64,000 nt of DNA from the human T2T-CHM13v2.0 reference genome, Homo sapiens: assembly GCF_009914755.1 (NCBI RefSeq), contig NC_060947.1. One strand, 5' to 3'. Every line of letters starts with the position of its first letter. Position 1 is the stretch's first letter. This document shows positions 1 through 14,899 of this stretch, in pieces. Position numbers and translations under genes: made by a program. The notes beneath the pieces are model-generated. The model saw nothing but the letters and a program-made list of their open reading frames with translations. It was not told the DNA's origin and searched no databases.

Positions 1-192
1 GGACGATAGTAACAAAACTAGTGAGATCTTAATAAATTCTTATCAAGTTAATTTAGTCAATAGTATTATACCAAGGTTTATAACCAAAATGTAAAAAGTA
101 AAAATAAGGGAAAGCTCAGTGAAGACCAAAAACACTCTATTATTTTAACAATTATTTTGTAAGTCCAAAGTTATCTAAAAATAAGAAGTTTA
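1..192 (+). mobile_element. Old L1 (L1MC/ME-like) 3' end fragment
   Basis: Degenerate L1M 3' terminal motif (...ttttgtaagtccaaagttatctaaaaataagaagttt). Confidence 0.45.
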
Positions 193-608
193 TGCTATGG
201 TTTGGATATGATTTGTTTGGCCCTACCGAGTCTCATTTTGAAATGTAATCCCAGTGTTGGATGTGGCGCCTGGTGGGAAGTGTGTGGGTCATGAGGGCAG
301 ATTTCTTATGAATAGCTTGGTGCCATTCTTGTGGGTGTGAGTGAGTGCTCACTCTTTGTTCCCATGAGAACTGGTTGTTGAAAAGAGCCTGGCACCTACT
401 CTGCTTTCTCTCCTGGTTCCCCTCTCTCCATGTGATTTCTGTACATGCAGCTTCCCTTTGCCTTCCACCATGAGTGGAAGCAGCCTGAAGCTCTCTCCAG
501 CAGTAGATACTGGTGCTATGCTTCTTGTATAGCCTGCAGAACTGTTTGCCAAATAAAACTTTTTTTCATAAAATAGGTAGCACCAGATATTTAGCACAGA
601 CCTAAAAT
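193..608 (+). mobile_element. MaLR solo LTR (MSTB/MSTB1-like)
   Basis: Starts tgctatggtttggatatg; MST motifs ttgaaatgtaatcccagtgttgg and cagcctgcagaact...aaataaaac. Confidence 0.85.
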
Positions 609-764
609 AGTTTAAACCATGAAAAAATCTTAAAAAGGAGTGCCTAGGTAAAAAATGACAAGAATTTTGAATTTTTGCCATAATAATAATTTGTTATAAA
701 CAGTTATTTGTTATAAATAATGTTAGCACAAACTTACCAAAAATCAAATATAAATTTGGCAATT

Positions 765-1600
765 TTATTTTTCCATCCTTTTACTTTCAACCTAAGTTTT
801 ATCTAAAGTGAGTTTCTTTTATAGAGCATGCAGTCGTATCATATTTTTTAATCCATTCTGCCAATCTCTGTTTTTTATTGGTATTTTTAGACTAATTACA
901 TTTAAGATTATTGTTTTTATGCTAGGGCAGAAACTGGTTATATATTTTTATTTTTTTTATTTGTTTCTTTTATTTTCTTTCCTCTGTTTATTACATTCCT
1001 GTGAGTTACTTGGAACATTTTTAGAATCCTATCTTTTTTTTTCTTTCCAACTTTTAAGTTCAGGGGTACATGTGCAGGATGTTCAGGTTTGTTACACAGA
1101 TAAATGTGTACCACGGTGGTTTGCTGCACAGATCATCCCATCACCCAGGTACTAAGCCAGGCATCTATTATCTATTCTTCCTAATGCTCTCCCCCTTCTT
1201 ACCCCCGACCCCATGACAGGTCCCAGTGTGTGTTGTTCCACCCTATGTGTCCATGTGTTCTTATCATAGAATCCCATCTTGACATGTATAGTGCTTTTGA
1301 CTATATTGCTCTATATTATATTCTTGGTGGTTGCTCTAGGTATTGCAACATGCATACCTAAGTTATCAGAGTCCACTGGCAGCAACTTTGAGTCTAGGGT
1401 AAAAACTTTCTAGCACTTAGGTCCCATTTCCCTCCCCACTTTATAAATATAATTGTCTTATGTTTTTCTCTATATACACTGAGCACTACATTCAGATAGT
1501 ATTGTAATTTTTCATTTAATTATCAAGTGATCTAAGAAACTCATGACAATTAGTAAAGTTATTGTATTTATCCCATTTTTTTGCCCATTCTGATGTCCCT
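765..1600 (-). mobile_element. Old L1M ORF2/inter-ORF fragment, interrupted by a short L1PA
   Basis: ttttccatccttttactttcaaccta and ctaattacatttaag motifs typical of antisense old L1. Confidence 0.55.
1035..1266 (-). mobile_element. 5'-truncated L1PA (about PA11-13) 3' end
   Basis: ttttaagttcaggggtacatgtgcagg 3' UTR; TSD tagaatcctatctt (1022-1035) / tagaatcccatctt (1267-1280). Confidence 0.85.
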
Positions 1601-1833
1601 TGATTTTGGAACTTTTAAACCTTATTATCTTGTCATTTTCATTTCTTAACAATAATCTTAGCTATTTTAAATATTTCATATCTACAAAAAATTGCAAGAA
1701 TCAAACTATGAGCACTCATACTGTTCTATGCTCACCGATTTTCAACATTCTGTTATATTCACAATTTCATTTTCTCTCTGTGTGCATACACAGAGCAGTG
1801 CATGTGTGCTTGTGTGTGTGTGTGCACTTTTAA

Positions 1834-2154
<321 letters not shown>

Positions 2155-2159
2155 ACTTC

Positions 2160-2760
2160 TTTATTTTTAATGGTGGAAAAATTACACGTAACAGGAAATT
2201 TAACATTAATCACTTAACATGTACAATTTAGTCGTGCTAAGTACATTAATACTGTTGCAATCAACCATCAGATCTCTTTTTATCTTATGAAATGGTAACT
2301 CTATATTCATCAAGCCACTTCCTATCCCCATCTCCACCCGGTATTTACCTTTCTGTGACTGACTTATTTAACTTAGCCTGATGTCTTCAAGTCTCATCCA
2401 TATTGAAGACCATAAGAAATCCTTTTTTAAGGTTAAATAATATTTCATTGCATGTATATACCACACTTTGCTTATCCATTCATTCATTAATACATGTGTG
2501 AGTTGATTCCATATTTTAGCTATAGTGAATTATGCTGCTATGAACATAGTTGTAAAAATAACTCTTTAATACATGGCTTTGAAATCTTTTGGTTTTATGC
2601 CCTAAAATAGAATTGCAGGATTATATGGTAATTATATGTTCAGAGATTTATTTGAGAAACAACCATACTGTTCTTCATAGCAACTGCACCATTTTTCATT
2701 TTCACCAACAACGTACATCGGTTCCAATTATTCCACGTTCTCAACAATTATAGTTTTCTG
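2160..2760 (-). mobile_element. L1MB-like 3' region (host of the L1PA7; resumes at 8780)
   Basis: Old L1 3' UTR motifs; reads through across the 2753/8780 TSD. Confidence 0.7.
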
Positions 2761-3705
2761 TTTTTTATTTTTATTTTTTATTATACTTTAAGTTCTGGGG
2801 TACATGTGCAGAACGTGCAGTTTTCTTACATAGGTATACACGTGCCATGGTAGTTTGCTGTACCCATCAACCCATCATCTACATGAGGTATTTCTCCTAA
2901 TGCTATCCCTCCCCTAGCTCCCCACCCTCTCACAGGCCCCAGTGTGTGATGTTCCCCTCCCTGTGTCCATGTGTTCTCATTATTCAACTCCTACTTATGA
3001 GTGAGAACATGGCGATGTTTGGTTTTCTGTTCTTGTGTTAGTGTGCTGGGAATGATGGTTTCCAGTTTCATCCAAGTTCCTGCAAAGGACATGAACTCAT
3101 CCTTTTTTATGGCTACATAGTATTCCATGGTGTATATGTGCCACATTTTCTTTATCCAGTCTATCATTGATGGGCATTTGGGTTGGTTCCAAGTCTTTGC
3201 TGTTGTGAATAGTGCTGCAATAAACATACATGTGCATGTGTCTTTATAGTAGAATTATTTATAATCTTTTGGGTAAATAACCAGTAATGAGATTGCTGGG
3301 TCAAATGGTATTTCTGATTCTAGATCTTTGAGAAATCGCCACACTGTTTTCTACAACGGTTGAACTAACTTACACTCCCACCAACAGTCTAAAAGCATTC
3401 CTATTTCTCCACATCCTCTTCAGAATCTGTTGTTTTCTGACTTTGTAATGATCGCCATTCTTTTTTTTTTTTTGCATATACACATATTTATTTGCTATAT
3501 GTAACATACAACCATAAAATACATACAAATTTATGGATTTACTTATATATAATTTTACACACATGTACATCTTACATCATTTTTACCATATTGTATATCA
3601 GGTTTTGTATAATGCTTTTTTTCATTCACATTATATGCATTTTTTCATGTCATTAAAATTCACAGAAAGCATAATTTTGTTGGCTACATATTATTGTCAT
3701 ACAAC

Positions 3706-3707
3706 AT

Positions 3708-3750
<43 letters not shown>
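3706..3750. repeat. (TTTA)n microsatellite
   Basis: About 11 perfect ttta units. Confidence 0.95.
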
Positions 3751-3801
3751 TATAGATTGTGGTTAAAAAGCACAGAACATGAAATTTACCCTTTTAACCG
3801 A

Positions 3802-5612
<1,811 letters not shown>

Positions 5613-6013
5613 CTATCTCATTGTGGTTTTGATTTGCATTTCTCTAATGAGCAGCGATGATTTTTTTTTCATATGCTTGTGGGCTGCATAAATGTCTTCT
5701 TTGGAGAAGTGTCTGTTTATATCTTTTGCCCACTTTTTGATGGGATTGTTTGTTTTTTCTTGTACATTTCTTTAAGTTCTTTGTAGATTCTGGATATTAG
5801 CCCTTTGTCAGATGGACAGATTGCAAAAATTTTCTCTCATTATGTAGGTTGGCTGTTCACTCTGATGATAGTTTCTCTTGCTGTGCAAAAACACTTTAAT
5901 TAGATTTCATTTTTCGATTTTGGATTTTGTAGCCATGGTTTTTGTTGTTTTAGTCATGAAGTCTTTGCCCATGCCTATGTCCTGAATGATATTGCCTGGG
6001 TTTTCTTCTAGGG

Positions 6014-8779
6014 AAATGGAAAGCAAAGAAAAAAAAAAAAAAAAGGAAAGCACGGGTTGCAATCCTAGCCTCTAATAAGAAATACTTTAAACCCACAAAG
6101 ATCAAAAGAGACAAGGGGATTACATAAAGGTAAAGGGATCAACACAACAAGAAGAGCTAACTATCCTAAATAAATATGCACCCAATACAGGAGCACCCAG
6201 ATTCATAAAGCAAGTTCTTAGAGACCTAGAAAGGCACTTAGACTCGCAAACAATAGTAGCAGGAGACTTTAACACCCCAGTGTCAATATTAGACATATCA
6301 ACAAGACAGAAAATTAACAAGGATATTCAGGACTTGAACTCAGCTCTGGACCAAGCAGACCTAATAGACAATTACAGAACTTTCCAACCCAAATCAACAG
6401 AATATACATTCTTTTCAGCACCTCATCACACATATTCTAAAACTGACCACATAATTGGAAGTAAAACACTCCTCGCAAATGCGAAATAACAAAAATCATA
6501 ACAAACAGTCTCTCAGACCACAGTGCAATCAAATTAGAACTCAGGATTAAGAAACTCACTCAAAACCACACAACTACATGGAAACTGAACAACCTGCTCC
6601 TGAATGACTACTGGGTGAATAATGAAATCAAGACAGAAATAAATAAGTTATTTGAAACCAACGAGAACAAAGACACAACATACCAGAATCTCTGGCACAC
6701 AGCTAAAGCAGTGTTTAGAGGGAAAATTATAGCACTAAATGCCCACAGGAGAAAGCAGGAAAGATCTAAAATTGACACCCTAACATCACAATTAAAAGAA
6801 CTAGAGAAGCAAGGGCAAACAAATTCAAAAGCTAGTAGAAGACAAGAAAAAACTAAGATCAGAGCAGAACTGAAGGAAATAGAGACAACAAAACACCCTT
6901 CAAAAAATCAATGAAGCCAGGAGCTGGTTTTTTGAAAAGATCAACAAAATAGATAGACTCCTAGCCAGACTAATGAAGAAAAGAGAGAAGAATCAAATAG
7001 ATGCCAAAAAAAAAATGATACGGGGGATATCACCACTGAGCCCACAGAAATACAAACTACCATCAGAGAATACTATAAACACCTCTACACAAATAAACTA
7101 GAAAATCTAGAAGAAAGGAATACATTCCTGGACACATACACCCTCCCAAATCTAAACCAAGAAGAAGTCAAATCCCCGAATAGACCAATAACAAGTTCAG
7201 AAATTGAGGCAGTAGTTCATAACCTACCAACCCAAAAAAGTCCAGAACCAGATGGATTCACAGCCAAATTCTACCAGAGGTACAAAGAGGAGCTGGTACC
7301 ATTCCTTCTGAAACTATTCCTAATAATAGCAAAAGAGGGAATCCTCCCCAACTCATTTTATGAGGCCAGCATTATCCTGAAACCAAAACCTGGCAGAGAC
7401 ACAACAAAAAAAGAAAATTTCAGGCCAATATCCCTGATGAACATCGATACAAAAATCCACAATAAAATACTGGCAAACCGAACCCAGTAGCACATCAAAA
7501 AGCTTATTCACCATGATCAAGTGGGCTTCATCCCTGGGATGCAAGGCTGGTTCAACATACACAAATCAATAAACGTAATCCATCACATAAACAGAACCAA
7601 TGGAAAAAAACACATGATTATCTCAATAGATGCAGAAAAGGCCTTTAACAAAATTCAACAGCCCTTCATGCTAAAAACTCTCAATAAACTAGGTGTTGAT
7701 GGAACGTATCTCAAAATAAAAAGAGCTATTTATGACAAACCCACAGCCAATCTCATACCAAATGGACAAAAACTGGAAGCAATCTCTTTAAAAACCGACA
7801 CAAGACAAGGATGCCCTCGCTCACCACTCCTATTCAACATAGTATTGGAAGTTCTGTCCAGGGCAATCAGACAAGAGAAAAAAATAAAGGGTATTCAAAT
7901 AGGAACAGAGGAAGTCAAATTGTCTCTGTTTGCAGATGACATGATTTTATACTTAGAAAACCCCATCATCTCAGCCCAAAATCTCCTTAAGCTGATAAGC
8001 AACTTCAGCAAAGTCTCAGGATACAAAATCAATGTGCAAAAATCACAAGCATTCCTATGCAACAATAACAGACAAATAGAGAGCCAAATCATGAGTGAAC
8101 TCCCATTCACAATTGCTATCAAGGGAATAAAATAGCTAGGAATCCAACTTACAAGGGATGTGAAGGACCTCTTCATGGAGAACTATAAACCACTGCTCAA
8201 GGAAGTAAGAGAGGACACAAACAAATGGAAAAACATTCCATGCTCATGGATAGGAAGAATCAATATCATGAAAATGGCCATACTGCCCAAAGTAATTTAT
8301 AGATTCAATGCTATCCCCATCAAGCTTCCATTGACTTTCTTCACAGAATTGGAAAAAACTACTTTAAATTTCATATGGAACAAAAAAAGAGCCCACATAG
8401 CCAAGACAATCCTAAGCAAAAAAAAAAAAAAAGCTGGAGACATCATGCTACCTGAAACAAATTATACTACAAGGCTACAGTAACCAAAACAGCATGGCTG
8501 GCACTGGTACCAAAACAGATATATCAACCAAAGGAACAGAACAGAGGCCTCAGAAATAACACCACACATCTACAACCATCTGGTCTTTGACAAACCTGAC
8601 AAAAACAAGCAATGGGGAAAGGGTTCCCTATTTAATAAATGGTGTTGGGAAAACTGGCTAGCCCTATGCAAAAAACTGAAAATGGACCCCTTCCTTACAC
8701 CTTATACAAAAATTAACTCAAGATGGATTAAAGATTTAAACGTAAGACCTAAAACCATAAAAACCCTAGAAGAAAACCT
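6014..8779 (+). pseudogene. Disrupted L1 ORF2 (endonuclease + reverse transcriptase), inverted arm of the L1PA7
   Basis: ORF pieces 6280-6489, 6615-6914, 7521-8135 (RT motifs QGCPRSP and [10 protein letters not shown]), 8160-8483; several frameshifts and stops. Confidence 0.9.
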
Positions 8780-9920
8780 GTTTTCTGTTTTTTAATAGTA
8801 CTTATCCCAATATGTATATGGTAGTATCTCATTGTGGTTTTGATTTGCATTTCCCTGATGATTAGTTAAGAATCTTTTCATGTACTTCTTGGCCATTTGT
8901 ATGTCTTTTTTTAAAAAAAAACAGTTATTCATGTCTTTTGACCATTTTTTAAATTTGGTTGTTTGATTTTTGTTGTTGAGGTGCAGGAGTTCATTGTATA
9001 TTCTGAACATTAATTTCTTATCAGATATTTAATTTGAAAATACTTCATTTAATTTCATAGGTTGCATTTTTAATCAGTTGACTATGGTTGTTGATGTACG
9101 AAAGTTTTTAATTTTTCTGTGGTCCAATTTAATGTTATTGTCAGTATTTTTGTGTCATATTCAAGAACACATTGCCAAATCTAATGTCATGAGCTTTTCC
9201 CCTGTCTGCTTCTACAATATTTATAATTTAGTCCTTATATTTAGGTCTCTCATTTACTTTGAGTTAAGTTTTGCATATCTTTACTTTACTTATCTTTAAA
9301 TGTTCAACATCATTTATTTGCATGTGAAGATCCAGCTTTCCCAAAACCATTAATTGAAAAGAGTGTCCTTCTCTCATTTAATGTCATGACACCTTTGTTA
9401 AAAAATATTTAACCAGATATACAAGGCTCTATTTCTGGGCTCTCAATTCTATCCCGTTGGTCTTTATGTCTGTATTCATGCCAGTACCACTGTTTTGATT
9501 ACTGTAGCTTTGTAATAAGTTTTGAAAGCAGGAATTATGATACCTTCAGCTATTCTTTTTTCACCATCATTTGGGCCACACAGGATCCCATGAGATTTCA
9601 TATAAATTTTAGGATGGATTTTTTTATTTCTGTAAAAAATGGTACATTGAAGTCTCCTTCTATTATTGTAAATCTGTCTGTTTCTTACATCAGTTCTAAC
9701 TTTGCCTAATGTATTTAGAAGCTCCAATGTTTGGTACATGTATAATAATGATTGTTACATCTTATTGGTAAATTGGTTATTTTACCATTATATAATATTT
9801 CTCATTGTCACCTAGTACAGATTTTTTATTTAAAATCTACTTTGCATTATGTTAGCATGGCCACCCCTGCTTTCCTTCTGTTGTGATGTTCATGAGATAT
9901 TATTTTATATCCTTTCATTT
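8780..9920 (-). mobile_element. Old L1MB/L1M continuation with an internal deletion near 9645
   Basis: Antisense ORF2 motifs (ORF 9476-9739 FKTYYKATVIKTV), then a jump to endonuclease-region sequence. Confidence 0.7.
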
Positions 9921-9998
9921 TCCTTTCTTTCAGCTTTATTAAGGTAAAATTGACACAGTAAAAATTGTACATATTTAAGGTGTACAATGCAGTGATTT

Positions 9999-10237
9999 TA
10001 TATATATATATATACATATATATGTATATATATATACATATATATGTATATATATATACATATATATATGTGTATATATATACATATATATGTATATATA
10101 TATACATATATATGTATATATATATACACATATATATATGTATATATATATACACATATATATATGTATATATATACATATATATGTGTATATATATATA
10201 CATATATATATGTATATATATATATATACATATATAC
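9999..10237. repeat. (TA)n-derived compound microsatellite (units like tatatacatatatatg)
   Basis: About 240 bp of TA with periodic C/G interruptions. Confidence 0.95.
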
Positions 10238-11677
10238 CTTGTGAAATAATTTAAAAATAATGCTAATTAACACACCTTTTGAGTTAGCATAGTCACTACC
10301 TTTCTGGGGTGAGAATGCTTAAAATATTTCTTCCCAAATTTTAAGTATACAATAAAATATTTTTAACTGTTTTTATCATGCTGTACATAAGACCATCAGA
10401 ACTTATTTATCTGATGCTGAAAGTTTATTAACTTTGACCAACATGTTTTCCTCTGTTCCACCTTTCAGCCACTGGCAACCATCATTCTACTCTCTGAATC
10501 TATGAGTTCAAATTCAACATATAAGTGAGATCATACAATACATTTGTGTGTATGTCTGGCTTGATTCACGTGGTCCAATACTCTCCAGGTTTATCTATGC
10601 TGCTGCAAATGGTAGAATTCCCTTTTATCTGGCTGAATAATATTCATATATATATAACTTTTCTTTATCCATTCATTCATCAATGACGTCTAGTTTGATT
10701 TTATATCTAGGCTATTGTGAATAATGTTGCAATAAACATGGAAGTGCAGACATCTCCTCTAGATCCAGATTTTATAAATATACATGTATACATATATATT
10801 TATGTATATTATATATTATATATAAAATATTATAAATATATTATATATTTATATATCATACATATTTATTTATATTTATATATTTTAAATATATCTATAG
10901 ATAGATACACACACACACACACACACACACAGAATTGGAATTGCTAAATTATATGTTAGTTCTATCTATGTTATTATTTTGAGAAATCTCCACACTGTTT
11001 TACATAATAGGTAATATATATTCCCATAATAGTGAACTAGGGTTTCTCTTTTTCACACCTTTGCCAACTCTTGCTTTCCTTTGTCTTTTTGATAATTCTC
11101 ATTTTAAGATGTGTGAAGTGTTATTTCATTATGGTTTTGATTTGAAATTTCCTTATTATTAGCGATGTTGAGTTTTGTTTTATATACCTGTTGTCCATTC
11201 GTATGTCTTTCATGGAAAAATGTCATTTAGGTAATTTGCCCATTTAGTAATCAGGTTATTTGTTTATAGGTTATTGAGTTTTATGAGTCCCTTATATATT
11301 TTAGATGTTAATCTCTTTTTAGATATATGGTTTGCAAATATTTTCTCCCACTCCATATGTTCCCTTTTCATTTTGTAAATAGTTGTTTTATTTATTTATT
11401 TATCTATTTATTTATTTTGCAATGCAGAGACTTTTTTGATGTAGTGTCATTTGTTTATTTTTGTTTGTGTTGCCTGTGCTTTTATATTATATCCAAAAAA
11501 CCATTGCGGAGACTAATGTAAAAAAGCCTTATCTCAAAGTGTTTTTTAGAATTTTCATTGTTTCAAGTCTTACATTTAAGTCTTTAACTCATCTCATATG
11601 TAAGATAAGGATTCATTTTAATTCTTTTGCATGTTGGTAGCCAATTTTCCCAACATCCTTTATAAAAGGGGCTATCC

Positions 11678-13079
11678 AGATTTATAGATGAATGGAACAG
11701 AACAGAGGCCTCAGAAATAATGCCATGCATCTACAATCATCTGAACTTTGACAAACCTGACAAAAACAAGCAATGGGGAAAGGATTCCCTATTTAATAAA
11801 TGGTGTTGGGAAAACTCACTAGCCATATGCACAGAGTTGAAACTGGATCCCTTCCTTACACGTTATACAAAAATTAACTCAAGATGGATTAAAGACTTAA
11901 ACGTAAGACCTAAAATCATAAAAACCCTGGAGGAAAGCCTAGGCAATACCATTCAGGACATAGGCATGGGCAAAGACTTCATGACTAAAACACCAAAAGC
12001 AATGGCAACAAAAGCCAGAATTGACAATTGGGATCTGATTAAATTAATAAGCTTCTGCACAGCAAAAGAAACTATCATCAGACTGAACATGCAACCTACA
12101 GAATGGGAGAAAAATTTTGCAATATATCCATATGACAAAGGACTAATATCCAGAATCTACAAGAACTTAAACAAATTTACAAGAAACAAACAAACAAACA
12201 AACAACCCCACCAAAAAGTGGGCAAAAGATATGAACAGACACTTTTCAAAAGAAGACATTTATGCAGCCAACAAGCATATGAAAAAAAAGCTCATCATCA
12301 CTGGTCATTAGAGAAATGCAAATCAAAACCACAATGAGATATCATCTCACACCAGTTAGAATGGCGATAATTAAAAAGTAACGAAACAACAGATGCTGGA
12401 GAGCATGTGGAGAAATAGGAACGCTTTTACACTGTTGGTGGGAGTGTAAATTAGTTCAAGCATTGTGAAGACAGTGTGGCTATTCCTCAAGAATCTAGAA
12501 CCAGAAATACCATTTGACCCAGCAATCCCATTACTGGGTATATATCCAAAGGATTATAAATCATTCTACTATGAAGACATATGCACATGTATGTTTATTG
12601 CGGCCCTGTTCAAAATAGCAAAGACTTGGAACCAACCCAAATGCCCATCAATGATAGACTGGATAAAGAAAATGTGGCACATATATACCATGGAATGCTA
12701 TGCAGCCATAAAAATGGATGAGTTCATGTCCTTTGCAGGGACATGGATGAAGCTGGAAACCATCATTCTCAGCAAACTAACACAAGAACAGAAAACCAAA
12801 CACTGCATGTTCTCACTCATAAGTGGGAGTTGAATAATGAGAACACATGGACACAGGGAGGGGAACATCACACACTTGAGCCTGTCAGGGGGTGGGGGGA
12901 TAGGGGAGGGATAGCATTAGGAGAAATACCCAATGTAGATGATGGGACGATGGGTGTAGCAAACCACCATGGCACGTGTATACCTATGTAACAAACCTGC
13001 ACATTCTGCACATGTACTCCAGAACTTAAAGTATAATTAAAAAATTTTTTTTAAATAAAAATTACAACAACAAAAAAAG
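11678..13079 (+). mobile_element. 5'-truncated L1PA7/8-like element
   Basis: ORF2 C-terminal pieces (11720-12337, 12465-12833), 3' UTR, A-rich tail; TSD aaag(g/a)ggctatcc near 11665 and 13077. Confidence 0.92.
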
Positions 13080-13829
13080 AGGCTATCCTTTTCCCATAGT
13101 GTATTCTTAGTGCCCTTGTCCAAGAAAATTTGACTGTATATGGGTGAGTTTATTCCTGGGCTCTCTATTTTCTTCTGTCGGTCTGTGTGTCTGTTTTTAT
13201 GATATTACCGTCATATTCTGATTACTTTGGCTTTGTAATACAATTTCAAATCATGAAGTGTGGTTCCCCTAGCTTTGTTCTTGTTATTCATGATTTCTTT
13301 GGCTATTCAAGTGTTTAGTATTTCCATACAAATTTTAGAAATTGTTTGTTTCTATTTTTGTGACAAAGCTCTTTGGAAGTTTGATAAGGATTGTATTGAA
13401 TCTGTAGATTGCTTTGAGTATTATGGACATTTGAGCAATATTAGATTTTCCAATTTATAAGGACAGTATAGCTTTCAATTTATTTGTGTATTCCTCAGTT
13501 TCCTTAATCAATATCATATAGTTTTCAGTGTACAGAATTTTCACCTCCATGTTTAAACTTATTCTGAATTATTTCACTCTTTTTGATACCATTGTAAATG
13601 TGATTTTAAAAAATATCTTCTTTTAATAATCCATTGTTAGTGTATAGAAATGTAAAAGATCATTGTACATTTATTTTGTATCCTGCAACTAACTTTACTA
13701 ATTTTTGTTCCAACTTTTTTTTGGTAAATTTGTCAGGGTTTTCTTTACATAAGATTATGTCATTTGCTAACAGAAATAATTTAATGTCTTTCTTTCTGAT
13801 TTGAATGGTTTTATATTTCATTCTTAAAA

Positions 13830-14890
13830 TGCTGAAACAAAACTAGTTTCATTATGAAAGATAAATATAAAATCAAGGAACAAGCCTATTTTCTAATGAA
13901 AATTTACTGTATGTTCTCAAATAAATGGAGTAATGATGGATTTCTTAAAAAACACATCTGGATACTGAATAGCCATATGGAAGAAAGAGAAAATTGGATT
14001 TATCCTTTTTTACTATGCAACAAGATAGATTTAAAATAAATCTGATATTTAAAATAATAAAAAATAAAACCTATATTATAGAATAAAAACATGGATGAAT
14101 TCTGTCACCCCCAAAGAGATAAACTTTTCTAGTTATTATTCAGAATAAAGAACTATGAAGGCAAATATTAATATACTTATTACATTGAATTAAAAACAAT
14201 ATTTTAATTTATAAATACTCTGAGCAATGTGAAAAAACAAATGACAGAATTTGGAAAATATTTACAATTTATATCACCTTCAAAGAGTTAATACTTCTAA
14301 GTTGTAAAAGCTTGGTAAAATAGAGAAGAAAGAGGCCAATAACCTTGCAGAAACGTGGTATAAAGCCATGAACAAACATATCACAGAAAAACAAATGCAA
14401 ATGTCCTTTAAACATATGAAAAGATGCTTAACCCTGTCTATAACAAGAGAACAGCACACCAAAACTGCATGCATGATACTGTTTTTCACCTATTAGGCTG
14501 ACAAATGTTTACTATTTTGCTACATACATGGCTGAGATTGTGGAGGCAAATACATTCTCACAAACTGCTGTTGGAAACATAATATGTATATTTTCTGTAA
14601 ATAAAAATACGGCATTATCTAGCAAAATTACGTACACATTGACCATTTTGTTTACGTATCGCATGATTAGGACTGCAGAAAAAATATAACACAAAGATTG
14701 AGAAAGTGTAATAATACAAACAATAGAGTACTGAATAACGAGTGAAAAACATAATTGTAATGTGGAAAAAGCAAGGTGTAGAATATCATGTACAGTATGC
14801 TAGTATATATCAAAAAGGTATATGTATAATTACTCCATTAAAATATGACCATATATCCATATAAATTATGTGTATGCTATTTTAAGTGGA
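13830..14890 (+). mobile_element. Ancient L1ME-like ORF2/3' fragment
   Basis: Degenerate motifs (aaacatatgaaaagatgct, cattatctagcaaaatt). Confidence 0.6.
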
Positions 14891-14899
14891 AGAATAAGA

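Larger units (their letters stand above)
9921..13825 (-). mobile_element. L1MA-like element interrupted by a TA-rich repeat and an L1PA
   Basis: cagctttattaaggtaaaattgac...gtgtacaatg L1MA 3' end; continues across 11665/13089. Confidence 0.75.

Noticed and set aside
7521-8135. Reverse-transcriptase ORF as a novel retroelement or retron-like system
   Set aside because: Standard L1 ORF2 RT (FADD motif), frameshifted, with no promoter or ORF1
9847-10273. Overlapping Tyr/Ile-rich ORFs
   Set aside because: Translation artefacts of the TA microsatellite
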